A stretch of 64,000 nt of DNA from a virus (taxonomy: Duplodnaviria > Heunggongvirae > Uroviricota > Caudoviricetes > Demerecviridae). The notes below the pieces were generated by a model. It made no database searches. It saw only the letters and a program-made list of their open reading frames with translations, and had not been told where the DNA came from. The DNA lies in IMG/VR virus record IMGVR_UViG_2757320985_000001; one strand, 5' to 3'. Position 1 is the first letter of the stretch. The number at the start of each line of letters is the position of its first letter. Shown piece by piece: positions 19,051-26,942 of this stretch. The position numbers and the translations under genes are program-made.

Positions 19051-19251
19051 TTATTCTACAGGAACCGTGGCAATTGGATCTGGTTCTTCTAGACGTTTAC
19101 CATTATGATCAACACGAATAATACCACAACCTTCACAGATTACAACAGCACCATAGCCTTCTTTAACTTCGGCTTCTGTAATCAGACCAGAAAGATCACC
19201 AGTATCTTTGCCCCACATATCGATAGAGCATTCTTTGCAGAAATCAGCCAT
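19051..19251 (-). CDS. Zn-ribbon small protein, 66 aa
   Basis: CKEC ... CEGC paired cysteines. Confidence 0.45.
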   Translation of the reverse strand: MADFCKECSIDMWGKDTGDLSGLITEAEVKEGYGAVVICEGCGIIRVDHNGKRLEEPDPIATVPVE

Positions 19252-19275
19252 ATTTTAGTTCCTGTATAAGTTAAT

Positions 19276-19350
19276 TGGTGCATCCTCAGGGAATCGAACC
19301 CCGATCGTAAAGTTCGTAGCTTTACATTCTTTCCGTTGAAATAAGGACGC
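19276..19350 (-). tRNA. tRNA-Arg (ACG)
   Basis: Acceptor GCGTCCT/AGGATGC, T-arm CGGGG-TTCGATT-CCCTG, anticodon stem TAAAG/CTTTA with loop CTACGAA. Confidence 0.5.
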
Positions 19351-19356
19351 AATATT

Positions 19357-19433
19357 TGGGGTGGCTAGTGGAATTCGAATCCACATAGGCCTGATTCACA
19401 ATCAGGATCATTAACCAATTATGATATAGCCAC
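19357..19433 (-). tRNA. tRNA-His (GUG)
   Basis: Perfect acceptor GTGGCTA/TAGCCAC with discriminator C. T-arm GTGGA-TTCGAAT-TCCAC, loop TTGTGAA. Confidence 0.6.
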
Positions 19434-19744
19434 AATTGAAAACTCGCAGGGTTAGCGAAACCATCCTCAAATAGCATTTTCTAGAATACTAATCAAGTTA
19501 TCTCCTATTGCACGAAGCTCAAGACGAGTACGAATTTTCAATTGTGGTGGCTCTCCGAAACTCTTCCCACTTACAACTAGTTGATTACTCCTAGATTGTC
19601 GCCCAGGAAATTCTCTAGAAAGGAGCACCGTTACTCTTTGAGCCATTGATGATGGGATGGTCTCTCATCCCCACTAACTACTTAATCCTTACGATTCGTC
19701 GGTTAGCACGAGCAGCGACCCTTCATATATAATTTATAGTGCTC

Positions 19745-19900
19745 AGAAGGTCATTAGAAGCACTTATCAAGAAGCAGAAGGACTCGAACCTTCAAGAGAT
19801 AGACCATTTATCTCAGCCTCGTTTTCGGGTATCTTATGAGGAGTGGATGTTCCCCTTACGCCCTTTAGGAAGCCCCGTCTACCGATTCCGGCATACTTCA
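19745..19900 (-). pseudogene. tRNA-like remnant (intact T-arm GAAGG-TTCGAGT-CCTTC, identical to the tRNA-Pro T-arm; no pairing acceptor 5' strand)
   Basis: T-arm seen at 19780-19796. Upstream RNA contains a CTCATAA-like loop but no acceptor partner for TGCTTCT. Confidence 0.3.
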
Positions 19901-19904
19901 AGAA

Positions 19905-20111
19905 TTATTTAAAACTTGTAACCTTCGGGAACCTTATCCTTAACACCAATATACTCAGCTTGGATGTAGTATGTTGCACATGATCTTTAGGTAGATCTTT
20001 ATTTACATCATTAACTTCCATCAAGGCTTCGGCCTCGGTGTCAAATGGACGATACCAGCTTTCACCACCCCAGCCACGTTCGCTTTCGGTATACTTAACA
20101 ATGTGTTTCAT
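19905..20111 (-). CDS. hypothetical protein (internal start MKHIVKY chosen)
   Basis: The ORF-track ORF 19905-20162 would overlap the tRNA at 20130-20219. The ATG at 20111 has an AAGGA RBS. Confidence 0.45.
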   Translation of the reverse strand: MKHIVKYTESERGWGGESWYRPFDTEAEALMEVNDVNKDLPKDHVQHTTSKLSILVLRIRFPKVTSFK

Positions 20112-20129
20112 AAGGTTTTCCTTATTAGT

Positions 20130-20219
20130 TGGAGGAAGGTAATGGAGTCGAACCATCACCATATCGCTACAGCGGGCAGGTTTTCAAGACCTGTTACATA
20201 CCACTATGTCCTACCTTCC
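20130..20219 (-). tRNA. tRNA-Ser (UGA), class II
   Basis: 90 nt. Acceptor GGAAGGT/ACCTTCC. Anticodon stem CAGGT/ACCTG with loop CTTGAAA. Long variable arm. Confidence 0.6.
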
Positions 20220-20226
20220 AGTTGTT

Positions 20227-20318
20227 TGGCGGAAGAAGAGAGATTCGAACTCTCAAGCCTGCTTTAACAAGTCAGCCACTTTCCAAGCGGTTTTCGTCAC
20301 CTATCGATTTGCTCTTCC
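20227..20318 (-). tRNA. tRNA-Ser (GGA), class II
   Basis: 92 nt. Acceptor GGAAGAG/TTCTTCC, T-arm GAGAG-TTCGAAT-CTCTC, loop TTGGAAA. Long variable arm. Confidence 0.5.
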
Positions 20319-20492
20319 GTAGATCTCAGGATTAAATCATAAATTTCATTAGCGGATACTGGAAGTATGAGATTATACATCTTTTGGTCATACCTCTGAC
20401 CATACTCTATAAACACATACTCTTTAGTTAATGTATTAACAGCTAACCAGATATCAGTTATAGGAGTTTTCATCATGAGTTAATTCAATGTT

Positions 20493-20573
20493 TGGTAGGG
20501 ATGGAGGGACTCGAACCCACACCCGAAGACTAGAACCTAAATCTAGCGCGTCTGCCAATTTCGCCACATCCCC
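20493..20573 (-). tRNA. tRNA with anticodon UAG (Leu-type anticodon), 81 nt with a 9-nt variable region
   Basis: Acceptor GGGGATG/CATCCCT. Anticodon stem CTAGA/TCTAG with loop TTTAGGT. Confidence 0.5.
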
Positions 20574-20580
20574 ATTTTAT

Positions 20581-20799
20581 TTAGTTAGAAATAAATAGTA
20601 ACCCTGCAACAACGGAACCTATACCACTGAATACCATTATCAGCATAGCTTCTAAGCTGATAAAGCGGACGGTATATGGCGCGCCCCAAGAATAATCAGT
20701 AAAGAAAGTTTTCTTTTCTTTAGCTAAATCTTTAATAGTTCTAAAGTAGATAGCTAGTGCTAAAGCTGCAAGAACTACAGAGGCTGCTAAGAATACCAT
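20581..20799 (-). CDS. small membrane protein, 72 aa
   Basis: Two hydrophobic helices. Confidence 0.5.
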   Translation of the reverse strand: MVFLAASVVLAALALAIYFRTIKDLAKEKKTFFTDYSWGAPYTVRFISLEAMLIMVFSGIGSVVAGLLFISN

Positions 20800-20818
20800 A
20801 TTATTTCCTTAATTTGTT

Positions 20819-20894
20819 TGGTGGAGTCACTCAGAATTGAACTGAGTTCCACTGCTTGCAAGGCAGTAAGTTTAACCAAATAACCTATGACCCC
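20819..20894 (-). tRNA. tRNA-Ala (UGC)
   Basis: Acceptor GGGGTCA/TGACTCC carries the G3:U70 Ala identity pair. Anticodon stem ACTGC/GCAGT with loop CTTGCAA. Confidence 0.6.
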
Positions 20895-20899
20895 GAATT

Positions 20900-20978
20900 T
20901 GGTGGAGAATAAGAGATTCGAACTCTTCTGATATCCTCGGTGCAAGCGAGGTGTCCACTCCAAGCAGACCCATTCCCC
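20900..20978 (-). tRNA. tRNA, 79 nt, anticodon loop CTTGCAC (UGC), also with G3:U70
   Basis: Acceptor GGGGAAT/ATTCTCC, T-arm AAGAG-TTCGAAT-CTCTT, anticodon stem CCTCG/CGAGG. Looks like a second Ala-type tRNA. D-arm unclear. Confidence 0.4.
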
Positions 20979-21184
20979 AAAATCTTTAAGTTTACTAAGG
21001 CTATTAGCTCGGTGTGCGTATTACCCTCAGACATTAGCCAGTAGAGGATAACCGCTCTTCACAAACCCGATACACTATTCAGTTGCCGCTGAATCTAGTG
21101 GACTAGTCTAGAACTTCTCCCGAGTCGTAGGGATCGTGCTTTTTGGCAGCCAGTCCTGGGTCGAGCTAATACCTTAGTGAACTT

Positions 21185-21245
21185 TGATGAGGATTTCTCC
21201 TCATCAATTTATATAAATATTATAACAAGAAATTAAGCATCAAGC
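21185..21245 (-). promoter_or_regulatory. early promoter cassette driving a non-coding leader and a tRNA sub-operon
   Basis: Family member. No ORF downstream, only non-coding RNA and the tRNAs at 20819-20978. Confidence 0.5.
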
Positions 21246-21599
21246 AAGTACATTTTTAGCGATTTCTTGTATTTCCTTAACGTCACTAACGAAAAGGTAA
21301 TCAGAGCTTCCAGAGTGCATACTCTGCATAACCACACCATCCTCTGGTGCATCTTCTTTCAGTGTGATACCTAACCAGAACTCGGCAAAACTAGGTGTTA
21401 CCTCACCTTGACTTGCCTTGAATACATCGGCTTCTGTAATCTCTTGACCAGTGGAGAGTCCCATGTATGGTACGTTCAGATCAATATCTTTGTAGAATTC
21501 AGCTAGATCTTGTTCGAAGTCCCAACCTTTAGAGATAGCGAACTCCATTGTTACATGACCGAAATAGCCTTGAACCTTGCTTGATAATTGCATTTGCAA
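21240..21599 (-). CDS. hypothetical protein, 119 aa
   Basis: ORF track. Confidence 0.5.
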   Translation of the reverse strand: MQMQLSSKVQGYFGHVTMEFAISKGWDFEQDLAEFYKDIDLNVPYMGLSTGQEITEADVFKASQGEVTPSFAEFWLGITLKEDAPEDGVVMQSMHSGSSDYLFVSDVKEIQEIAKNVLA

Positions 21600-21618
21600 T
21601 TCCTTATTTTGAGTTAAT

Positions 21619-21692
21619 TGGTACTCGGTGATAGAATCGAACTATCGCAACCGCCGTGTAAAGACGGGGTTCTCCCATTAAACTAACCGAGC
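21619..21692 (-). tRNA. tRNA-Val (UAC)
   Basis: Acceptor GCTCGGT/ACCGAGT, T-arm GATAG-TTCGATT-CTATC, loop TTTACAC. Confidence 0.55.
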
Positions 21693-21825
21693 AAAAGACG
21701 TCCTATAATATAGGCTTCAACTACAAATTCACAGAAACCTGCTAAAAACATACCTATTGTAAAATCGGCAGAGAATACATAGGAATCTTTTATTTTCTGC
21801 TTCATTAAGTAAAACCAGATAGTCA

Positions 21826-22143
21826 TTAAAATCTCTCCATTCTAAAGCCAATGAAGTAAGGTGCATTACATGGAACATGCTTAAGATCTTTAAGAGTAAT
21901 TTTACGTCCTAAGCGTCGTTCCATACAAGTGAAACATAGAACAATATCTTTGGGCTGCTCTTTTCTTATCTGATCCCAGACCCAATCTTCAACCATACAC
22001 ATTTCATGGTATTGTTCACAGTCTCGACAATAATGACACTGATGTTCTGGTACTTTTTGATTTTTAATACACAGTTCAGTAAAGCGTTTTCCGGCTCTGC
22101 CAGACATTTCTGATATTGTTTCTAGAACTTTGTTAATATTCAT
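21826..22143 (-). CDS. Cys-rich hypothetical protein, 105 aa
   Basis: HQCHYCRDCEQYHEMC ... CFTC motifs (Zn-binding-like). Confidence 0.5.
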   Translation of the reverse strand: MNINKVLETISEMSGRAGKRFTELCIKNQKVPEHQCHYCRDCEQYHEMCMVEDWVWDQIRKEQPKDIVLCFTCMERRLGRKITLKDLKHVPCNAPYFIGFRMERF

Positions 22144-22160
22144 AACAAATTCCTTTAAAT

Positions 22161-22239
22161 TGGTAGACCGCCTGGGACTCGAACCCAGAACCTTCCGGTT
22201 AAAAGCCGGGTGCTGCTAAACCAATTGAGCTAGCGATCT
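22161..22239 (-). tRNA. tRNA-Lys (UUU)
   Basis: T-arm CTGGG-TTCGAGT-CCCAG. Anticodon loop CTTTTAA, identical to enterobacterial tRNA-Lys. Confidence 0.55.
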
Positions 22240-22427
22240 ATTTAATACATGTATACTTCTTTAATAGAGTAAACTTTTAAGTAAGGATGATTAATACCAA
22301 ATTCCGCCATCACTTCGTTTTCATCTTTACCGTAATGGGCTAGTGGATACTTCTTACGATCTTTGCTAGATCGCAGGTCACTTACTTTTAAACGAAATAA
22401 TTTCATTTCGAAATCCTTCTATTAAAT

Positions 22428-22504
22428 TGGAAGCGGGTGCAGGAATCGAACCTACCTCTTTCTAGCTTATGAGACTAGCGATCTCTGCCAGAGATCTAAC
22501 CCGC
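22428..22504 (-). tRNA. tRNA anticodon CAU (Met; 1:72 mismatch, possibly initiator-like)
   Basis: T-arm GTAGG-TTCGATT-CCTGC. Anticodon stem CTAGT/GCTAG with loop CTCATAA. Acceptor GCGGGT/ACCCGC. Confidence 0.45.
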
Positions 22505-22511
22505 AATTGTT

Positions 22512-22588
22512 TGGTCTCCAATGAAGGACTCGAACCTTCAACCCCACCGCCCCAAACGGTGTACTCTAGCCAATTGAGCTAATCGGAG
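22512..22588 (-). tRNA. tRNA-Pro (UGG)
   Basis: Acceptor CTCCGAT/ATTGGAG, T-arm GAAGG-TTCGAGT-CCTTC, anticodon stem CACCG/CGGTG with loop TTTGGGG. Confidence 0.55.
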
Positions 22589-23119
22589 AATATTATCTTT
22601 TTAACCATAGTAAGGATAGACCTAACATGGTGAACCCAGTACCCAGCCCAATACTTTTCTCTATGAAATTGAAGGTATCAGTATTGACTGCTGTAATTAG
22701 TATAGGTATAGACCATACTACCATAAATACTTGAGCTATCTTATATTTCATTTTGCTTTCCTTCTCAACACTTTATAAGATATATTATACAGAGAATTAA
22801 GCGAAATAGCAAATGAGTTTTTAATAAATTTACTTATTGCGTAGGCCACCTCACGCTTCAAACGCTCTGCTGACAAAGAAGTTTGCGAGACTTCTCTTAA
22901 ATGCCAGAATAGACCCGCCGATCTATCGGAACCTACTCAATAAGTAAACTTTCGTTTACTTACACTCCTGCGTTTCCATTGGGCCTCCAAAGAGGTATCC
23001 ACGACCTGTTATTCAGAAGATTTTACCACGTTGAACGGCCGGAACTCCGTGGCTTGTTTACTATCACCTTACGGACGCATAAGTTATTACACGAATGCGC
23101 AGGCTTGGTTTGATAGATT

Positions 23120-23195
23120 TGGTGCGGTCGGAGGGACTCGAACCCTCAACTTCTGGTTGGCAACCAAAAATTATACCTTTTAACTACGAACGCAT
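23120..23195 (-). tRNA. tRNA-Gly (GCC)
   Basis: T-arm GAGGG-TTCGAGT-CCCTC. Acceptor GCGTTCG/CGACCGC (one mismatch). Loop TTGCCAA. Confidence 0.45.
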
Positions 23196-23199
23196 AATA

Positions 23200-23331
23200 A
23201 GTCAATCTAGGCAGGACTTGAACCTGCTATCACTTGTGCGGATTTACGAGAACCATTCTTTCACTCGAATCGAACGAGCTTCTACCCTCGGCAAGCTGGT
23301 GTCCCCTCTCCACCACGCTAGAATGTTTAAT
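23200..23331 (-). pseudogene. tRNA-like remnant(s) with two T-arm-like hairpins (CTCG-TTCGATT-CGAG and GCAGG-TTCAAGT-CCTGC) and no complete cloverleaf
   Basis: Manual fold failed to find acceptor partners. Confidence 0.3.
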
Positions 23332-23409
23332 TGGTACACCTGCTGAGATTCAAACTCAGGATCTTCCGATTAAGAGTCGGTTGCTTTAAATCAACTAAGC
23401 TACAGATGC
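23332..23409 (-). tRNA. tRNA-Lys (CUU)
   Basis: Acceptor GCATCTG/CAGGTGT, T-arm CTGAG-TTTGAAT-CTCAG, loop CTCTTAA. Confidence 0.5.
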
Positions 23410-23949
23410 ATTTATATCTTTATAGGACTTACCAGTCAGTCTTGTATAGCGTTTTCGCAGACCATTATCTGACATGCCCAATTCTCTAGAAGCTCTAGAC
23501 CATGAGTAATTTTTAACCCAGTACTCTATTTGTTCTACAGTAATTTCTTGTGGATTTTGACAGTGCTGTTTGCAGTAACTAGCTCTTTTAGCTATTTCTT
23601 TGTTGCAAATAGGACAGAAATTTTTATCTGAACTTAATCCACGTTCTTCTATAGTTTTGAGAATATGATCAGCTTTACTTCGTACAATCAGATTTTCAAG
23701 AGAGAAATTTAGTTTGTTTGTATCATCATGATCTACTTCTAAGTCAGAACTCAAAGATGGTAGATCTTTGTATACTCTCGCTAATACTCTGTGTAATAGA
23801 AGATGTTTTGATTTTCCATTATGTTGAACAGTAAAGAAAGGATACCCAGAAGTATTAATCTGTATTGAAAGTATACGATTAACTTTAGTACTAAATACTT
23901 CCCCAGTCTCACTTATTAAGTATTCTGGATATTCGGGTATTTCTTTCAT
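23395..23949 (-). CDS. HNH-family homing endonuclease (HNH_3 core with C-terminal HTH)
   Basis: GYPFFTVQHNGKSKHLLLHRVLARVY core. C-terminal WVKNYSWSRASRELGMSDNGLRKRY helix-turn-helix. Embedded in the tRNA array. Confidence 0.7.
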   Translation of the reverse strand: MKEIPEYPEYLISETGEVFSTKVNRILSIQINTSGYPFFTVQHNGKSKHLLLHRVLARVYKDLPSLSSDLEVDHDDTNKLNFSLENLIVRSKADHILKTIEERGLSSDKNFCPICNKEIAKRASYCKQHCQNPQEITVEQIEYWVKNYSWSRASRELGMSDNGLRKRYTRLTGKSYKDINASVA

Positions 23950-23966
23950 TACTGTTCCTTATAATT

Positions 23967-24043
23967 TGGCGCGACCGATGGGATTCGAACCCACATTCTC
24001 TCCCGTGACAGGGGAGTACCATTACCAAGCCAGCCCCGATCGC
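23967..24043 (-). tRNA. tRNA-Asp (GUC)
   Basis: Acceptor GCGATCG/CGGTCGC, T-arm GTGGG-TTCGAAT-CCCAT, anticodon stem CTCCC/GGGAG with loop CTGTCAC. Confidence 0.6.
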
Positions 24044-24052
24044 ATAATTTAT

Positions 24053-24238
24053 TTACTCAGCTTTGAGTTTTTCGATAGCTTCCTCAACCTCTTTTAGAGC
24101 TTCACGATAACGATTCAAGTTATGTAGTTCTTCCAGAAGATCAGCCTTCTGAGTTTCTACCCAACGTTCACGAACCTTAATGTTGTTTTTAATATTATCA
24201 CGATCAGCTTCTAGTCGAGCAATTGCATGAGTTGTCAC
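24053..24238 (-). CDS. coiled-coil small protein, 61 aa
   Basis: ORF track. Confidence 0.4.
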   Translation of the reverse strand: MTTHAIARLEADRDNIKNNIKVRERWVETQKADLLEELHNLNRYREALKEVEEAIEKLKAE

Positions 24239-24265
24239 ATCTATTTCCTCAGTTATTAATGAAAT

Positions 24266-24348
24266 TGGCGGGCCGTGTAGGATTCGAACCTACGTTGTCT
24301 TTCAACATGGATTAACAGTCCACCGCCAAACCGCTTGGCTAACGACCC
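24266..24348 (-). tRNA. tRNA, 83 nt, anticodon loop CTGTTAA (GUU, Asn-type) but with a 13-14-nt extra arm
   Basis: Acceptor GGGTCGT/ACGGCCC, T-arm GTAGG-TTCGAAT-CCTAC, anticodon stem GTGGA/TCCAT. Variable hairpin GTTG-AAAGA-CAAC. Confidence 0.5.
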
Positions 24349-24355
24349 TAAAATT

Positions 24356-24431
24356 TGGACGACCGCATGAGATTCGAACTCACATAAGGAGGTTTTGCAG
24401 GCCTCCGCCTAAGCCATTCAGCCAACGGTCG
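24356..24431 (-). tRNA. tRNA-Cys (GCA)
   Basis: Acceptor CGACCGT/GCGGTCG, discriminator U. Loop CTGCAAA. Confidence 0.55.
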
Positions 24432-24609
24432 ATTTATCTTGTTTTTCGAGATCAACGAACTCTAAATCGTTGAAGTCTCCTAGAGTACGGGAGTAATAAC
24501 CGTCTCCAGCATCATAGCCTGATTTACCACACTTACACATCTTAAACTCACGTAGACGTGTAAAGATATGTTCAGAACCACAACACTTAAATTTAACTAA
24601 CTTTTTCAT
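24418..24609 (-). CDS. Zn-ribbon small protein, 63 aa
   Basis: KCCGSEH ... CKCGK cysteines. 3' end overlaps the tRNA-Cys 5' region by a few nt. Confidence 0.4.
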   Translation of the reverse strand: MKKLVKFKCCGSEHIFTRLREFKMCKCGKSGYDAGDGYYSRTLGDFNDLEFVDLEKQDKSTVG

Positions 24610-24848
24610 TTAACACGCTCCGGTAAATCTTCTAGTTTATATTGAGTAGCCACATTAGCAGCATCTAATAATAAACCCATGTGTTTAAGAATCCTAGTGA
24701 TAGCCTCGCCTTCTGCTTCTTCTACAAAGCAACGTAGATTAACGAAGTCAATACCACCATCCATACCAGAGAAAATGTTTAGTAAGCGAAGCATTACCAG
24801 CTTACGTTCTTTCAATTCTTGTTCTGTCATGTTGCTTCTCCAGTTCAA
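24606..24848 (-). CDS. hypothetical protein, 80 aa
   Basis: ORF downstream of the promoter cassette at about 24845-24900. Confidence 0.5.
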   Translation of the reverse strand: MNWRSNMTEQELKERKLVMLRLLNIFSGMDGGIDFVNLRCFVEEAEGEAITRILKHMGLLLDAANVATQYKLEDLPERVK

Positions 24849-24880
24849 TTTATGTAATAATTATACAGAACTTTAAGCGG

Positions 24881-25168
24881 TTAAGCAACTACATTTTTCA
24901 GAAATATGATGCCTTTCTTTTTCTTCTTATATTTCCACGTTAACGGGTTCTGTCGATTATGAACGCTTGAGATCTTTGTCTCGTCAAAGTTCTTCAATAC
25001 CATGTAATCACAGGCCAACTGTTCTAGTGGGATGTGATCTCCGTCAAAAGCATAAACATAAGGCTGTTGACTAGCACGATAATGATAGACTTTGTTAATT
25101 CTGCGTTTCAGTGACTTATCCGCACAGTAAATAAAGAAGTTTTCAGGATGCATCAGCATCTCCTTCAA
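24881..25168 (-). CDS. hypothetical protein, 95 aa
   Basis: ORF track. Confidence 0.45.
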   Translation of the reverse strand: MKEMLMHPENFFIYCADKSLKRRINKVYHYRASQQPYVYAFDGDHIPLEQLACDYMVLKNFDETKISSVHNRQNPLTWKYKKKKKGIIFLKNVVA

Positions 25169-25170
25169 AT

Positions 25171-25245
25171 TGGTGCACCCCGTTGGTAACGATCCAACCT
25201 CTCAAGCTCTTCAGGCAAGCGCTAATCCATCTCAGCTAAAGGTGC
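25171..25245 (-). tRNA. tRNA-like gene with a non-canonical T-loop (ATCGTTA) and an irregular anticodon arm
   Basis: Acceptor GCACCTT/GGGGTGC, discriminator A, CCA encoded, D-stem GCTG/TAGC. The anticodon stem only forms 4 bp, with loop GCCTGAA. Confidence 0.35.
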
Positions 25246-25251
25246 AAATAT

Positions 25252-25327
25252 TGGCAAACCTACTAGGACTCGAACCTAGACCGTACGGTTTTGGAGACCG
25301 ACATGCTGTCCAGTAACACTCTAGGAA
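25252..25327 (-). tRNA. tRNA-Trp (CCA), acceptor stem imperfect
   Basis: T-arm CTAGG-TTCGAGT-CCTAG. Anticodon loop CTCCAAA, identical to E. coli tRNA-Trp. Discriminator G. The acceptor 5' strand could not be paired cleanly. Confidence 0.4.
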
Positions 25328-25336
25328 TGCAGAAAT

Positions 25337-25413
25337 TGGCGTCCTGTGCGGGGATCGAACCCGCAAATCCTACCTTGAAAGGGTAGTGACTTTACCAGTT
25401 TGTCTAACAGGAC
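25337..25413 (-). tRNA. tRNA-Glu (UUC)
   Basis: Perfect acceptor GTCCTGT/ACAGGAC, T-arm GCGGG-TTCGATC-CCCGC, anticodon stem CTACC/GGTAG with loop CTTTCAA. Confidence 0.65.
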
Positions 25414-25423
25414 TTAAATTTGA

Positions 25424-25511
25424 TGTTGGATGATGGAGTCGAACCACCCGAGACCCTTCCGAGTCGGCAGATTTACAGTCTGCTTCGCTACCTCTACGAT
25501 ACTAATCCAAC
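25424..25511 (-). tRNA. tRNA-Tyr (GUA), class II
   Basis: 88 nt. Perfect acceptor GTTGGAT/ATCCAAC. Anticodon stem GCAGA/TCTGC with loop CTGTAAA. Long variable arm. CCA not encoded. Confidence 0.6.
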
Positions 25512-25637
25512 ATATTTGAATGAAAAGTAAGTCGGTTAAACTCAAGGTGGAATATTTCAGGAAATCCTGACTTTACCCCTAAAAGCAACTCGCTTAGTTA
25601 CTTCTCATTCAGATATGTTTTCCAAATTAGATAACTA

Positions 25638-25675
25638 TTATATCAAGTTTTGCAGGACTGAGCAAGTCAAATTTT
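25638..25675 (-). promoter_or_regulatory. candidate tRNA-operon promoter (TTGCTC-17-TATAAT)
   Basis: Minus-strand reading: GACTTGCTCagtcctgcaaaacttgaTATAAT, upstream of tRNA-Tyr/Glu/Trp. Confidence 0.4.
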
Positions 25676-25701
25676 AAAGAACTTGCTCAGTGCTATATCA
25701 G

Positions 25702-25977
25702 TTACTCGAAGCTAGGAGTGACACTCAGTTTGAATGGAAGCTCGAACACTTCTTCATAATCATCATTGAGCGTAATTACACGACCTTCTAGCTTAGTCAT
25801 GGTGATTTCGATATCAGCCTTTGCATCAGGAGCCATACCAGCTTCCACACATTTAGCTTTAACTTCCGGCAGAAGTTCTACATCGTAGAAATAAAGCCAT
25901 TCAATCTCACCTTCCCAGCCACCCCAGGATTTACAAACAGCACTTTCAACACCAGTTGCAGTAACACGTTTTGACAT
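25702..25977 (-). CDS. hypothetical protein, 91 aa
   Basis: ORF downstream of the promoter cassette at about 25980-26040. Confidence 0.5.
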   Translation of the reverse strand: MSKRVTATGVESAVCKSWGGWEGEIEWLYFYDVELLPEVKAKCVEAGMAPDAKADIEITMTKLEGRVITLNDDYEEVFELPFKLSVTPSFE

Positions 25978-26067
25978 TCGTTAACTCCTTCATCAATTTA
26001 TATAACTATTATAGCAGAAATCTTAAGTAAAAAGCAAGTACATTTTTAAAATTTCTGCTTGGAGGAG

Positions 26068-26274
26068 TTAAACTCCTGATTCTTCTGCCAGATCAAGCCC
26101 AACCAATGTGATTGCCATAATAGCCGCGCCATGTTCTTTCTCTCCTAGCTCTTTGGCTTGAGTGAGAATATTTAGGAACTGCTTTTGAAAATCTGCAACT
26201 TCTTCTGTCATGCCTGCTTCAGCAATAATTCCTTTCAGCATAAAGCGTTGTGCCGTAATTTCAGGATTAGCCAT
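26068..26274 (-). CDS. hypothetical protein, 68 aa
   Basis: ORF track. Confidence 0.45.
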   Translation of the reverse strand: MANPEITAQRFMLKGIIAEAGMTEEVADFQKQFLNILTQAKELGEKEHGAAIMAITLVGLDLAEESGV

Positions 26275-26425
26275 TTATTATCTCCAGTTATTTAGAATGT
26301 AAGCCAAACTTAGGATCATAGCGATCGTAAGTCGTACCATTAGTTGAAGCCTTGATGTTATGAAAACGACAGTACATAAATTTACGTAGTGCTTTCTTAA
26401 TAGCTTTCATTTTATTTCCTTAATT

Positions 26426-26502
26426 TGGTAGGGGTGGTGGGATTCGAACCCACAAAACCTGAATTTTAAGTCCAGTACCTATGCCAATTCGATTACACCC
26501 CC
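26426..26502 (-). tRNA. tRNA, 77 nt, anticodon UAA (Leu-type) but class-I architecture
   Basis: Acceptor GGGGGTG/CACCCCT, discriminator A, T-arm GTGGG-TTCGAAT-CCCAC. Anticodon stem CTGGA/TTCAG with loop CTTAAAA. 5-nt variable loop. Confidence 0.5.
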
Positions 26503-26594
26503 ATGTAATCAGTTTATCAGTTGATATAAGTTGTAGCCCAGCGAAAATCCTACTACTAGCCCTACAAACCAACCAATATAATAATCTTTTAGTT

Positions 26595-26942
26595 TCATAG
26601 TTCATAACCCTGAATGTATCGAGCAAAACCAGTAATTTCAAACTGAATTGCCCAAACTACTTCCATATGTTCAATCTTCTCAAACCGAGCATCAGATTGC
26701 TCTAGGAAATAACGAGAGATTGTAGGAAATTCAATGTCGAAATCTTCCTTATCCATGCCATAGTAGAACTTTTCAGGAATATTACGAACTTCACGGAAGA
26801 AATCCTCGATCTGAAAATCCATTAGAGGATGTGTAACTTCCTCTTTGCTATCATCCGTCTGGAAGAAGCGGAAATGCACAAGGCAAGAGCCAATCAGGTT
26901 TATTGCTGGTGTAGTATAGATATCCATCTTAGCCTCGCTCAA
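26595..26942 (-). CDS. hypothetical protein, 115 aa
   Basis: ORF track. Confidence 0.5.
   Translation of the reverse strand: MSEAKMDIYTTPAINLIGSCLVHFRFFQTDDSKEEVTHPLMDFQIEDFFREVRNIPEKFYYGMDKEDFDIEFPTISRYFLEQSDARFEKIEHMEVVWAIQFEITGFARYIQGYEL

Noticed and set aside
26420-26641. 73-aa minus-strand ORF from the six-frame track
   Set aside because: It runs straight through the tRNA called at 26426-26502. A 29-aa membrane peptide with its own RBS (about 26509-26598) is the more plausible gene. The long ORF is read-through.
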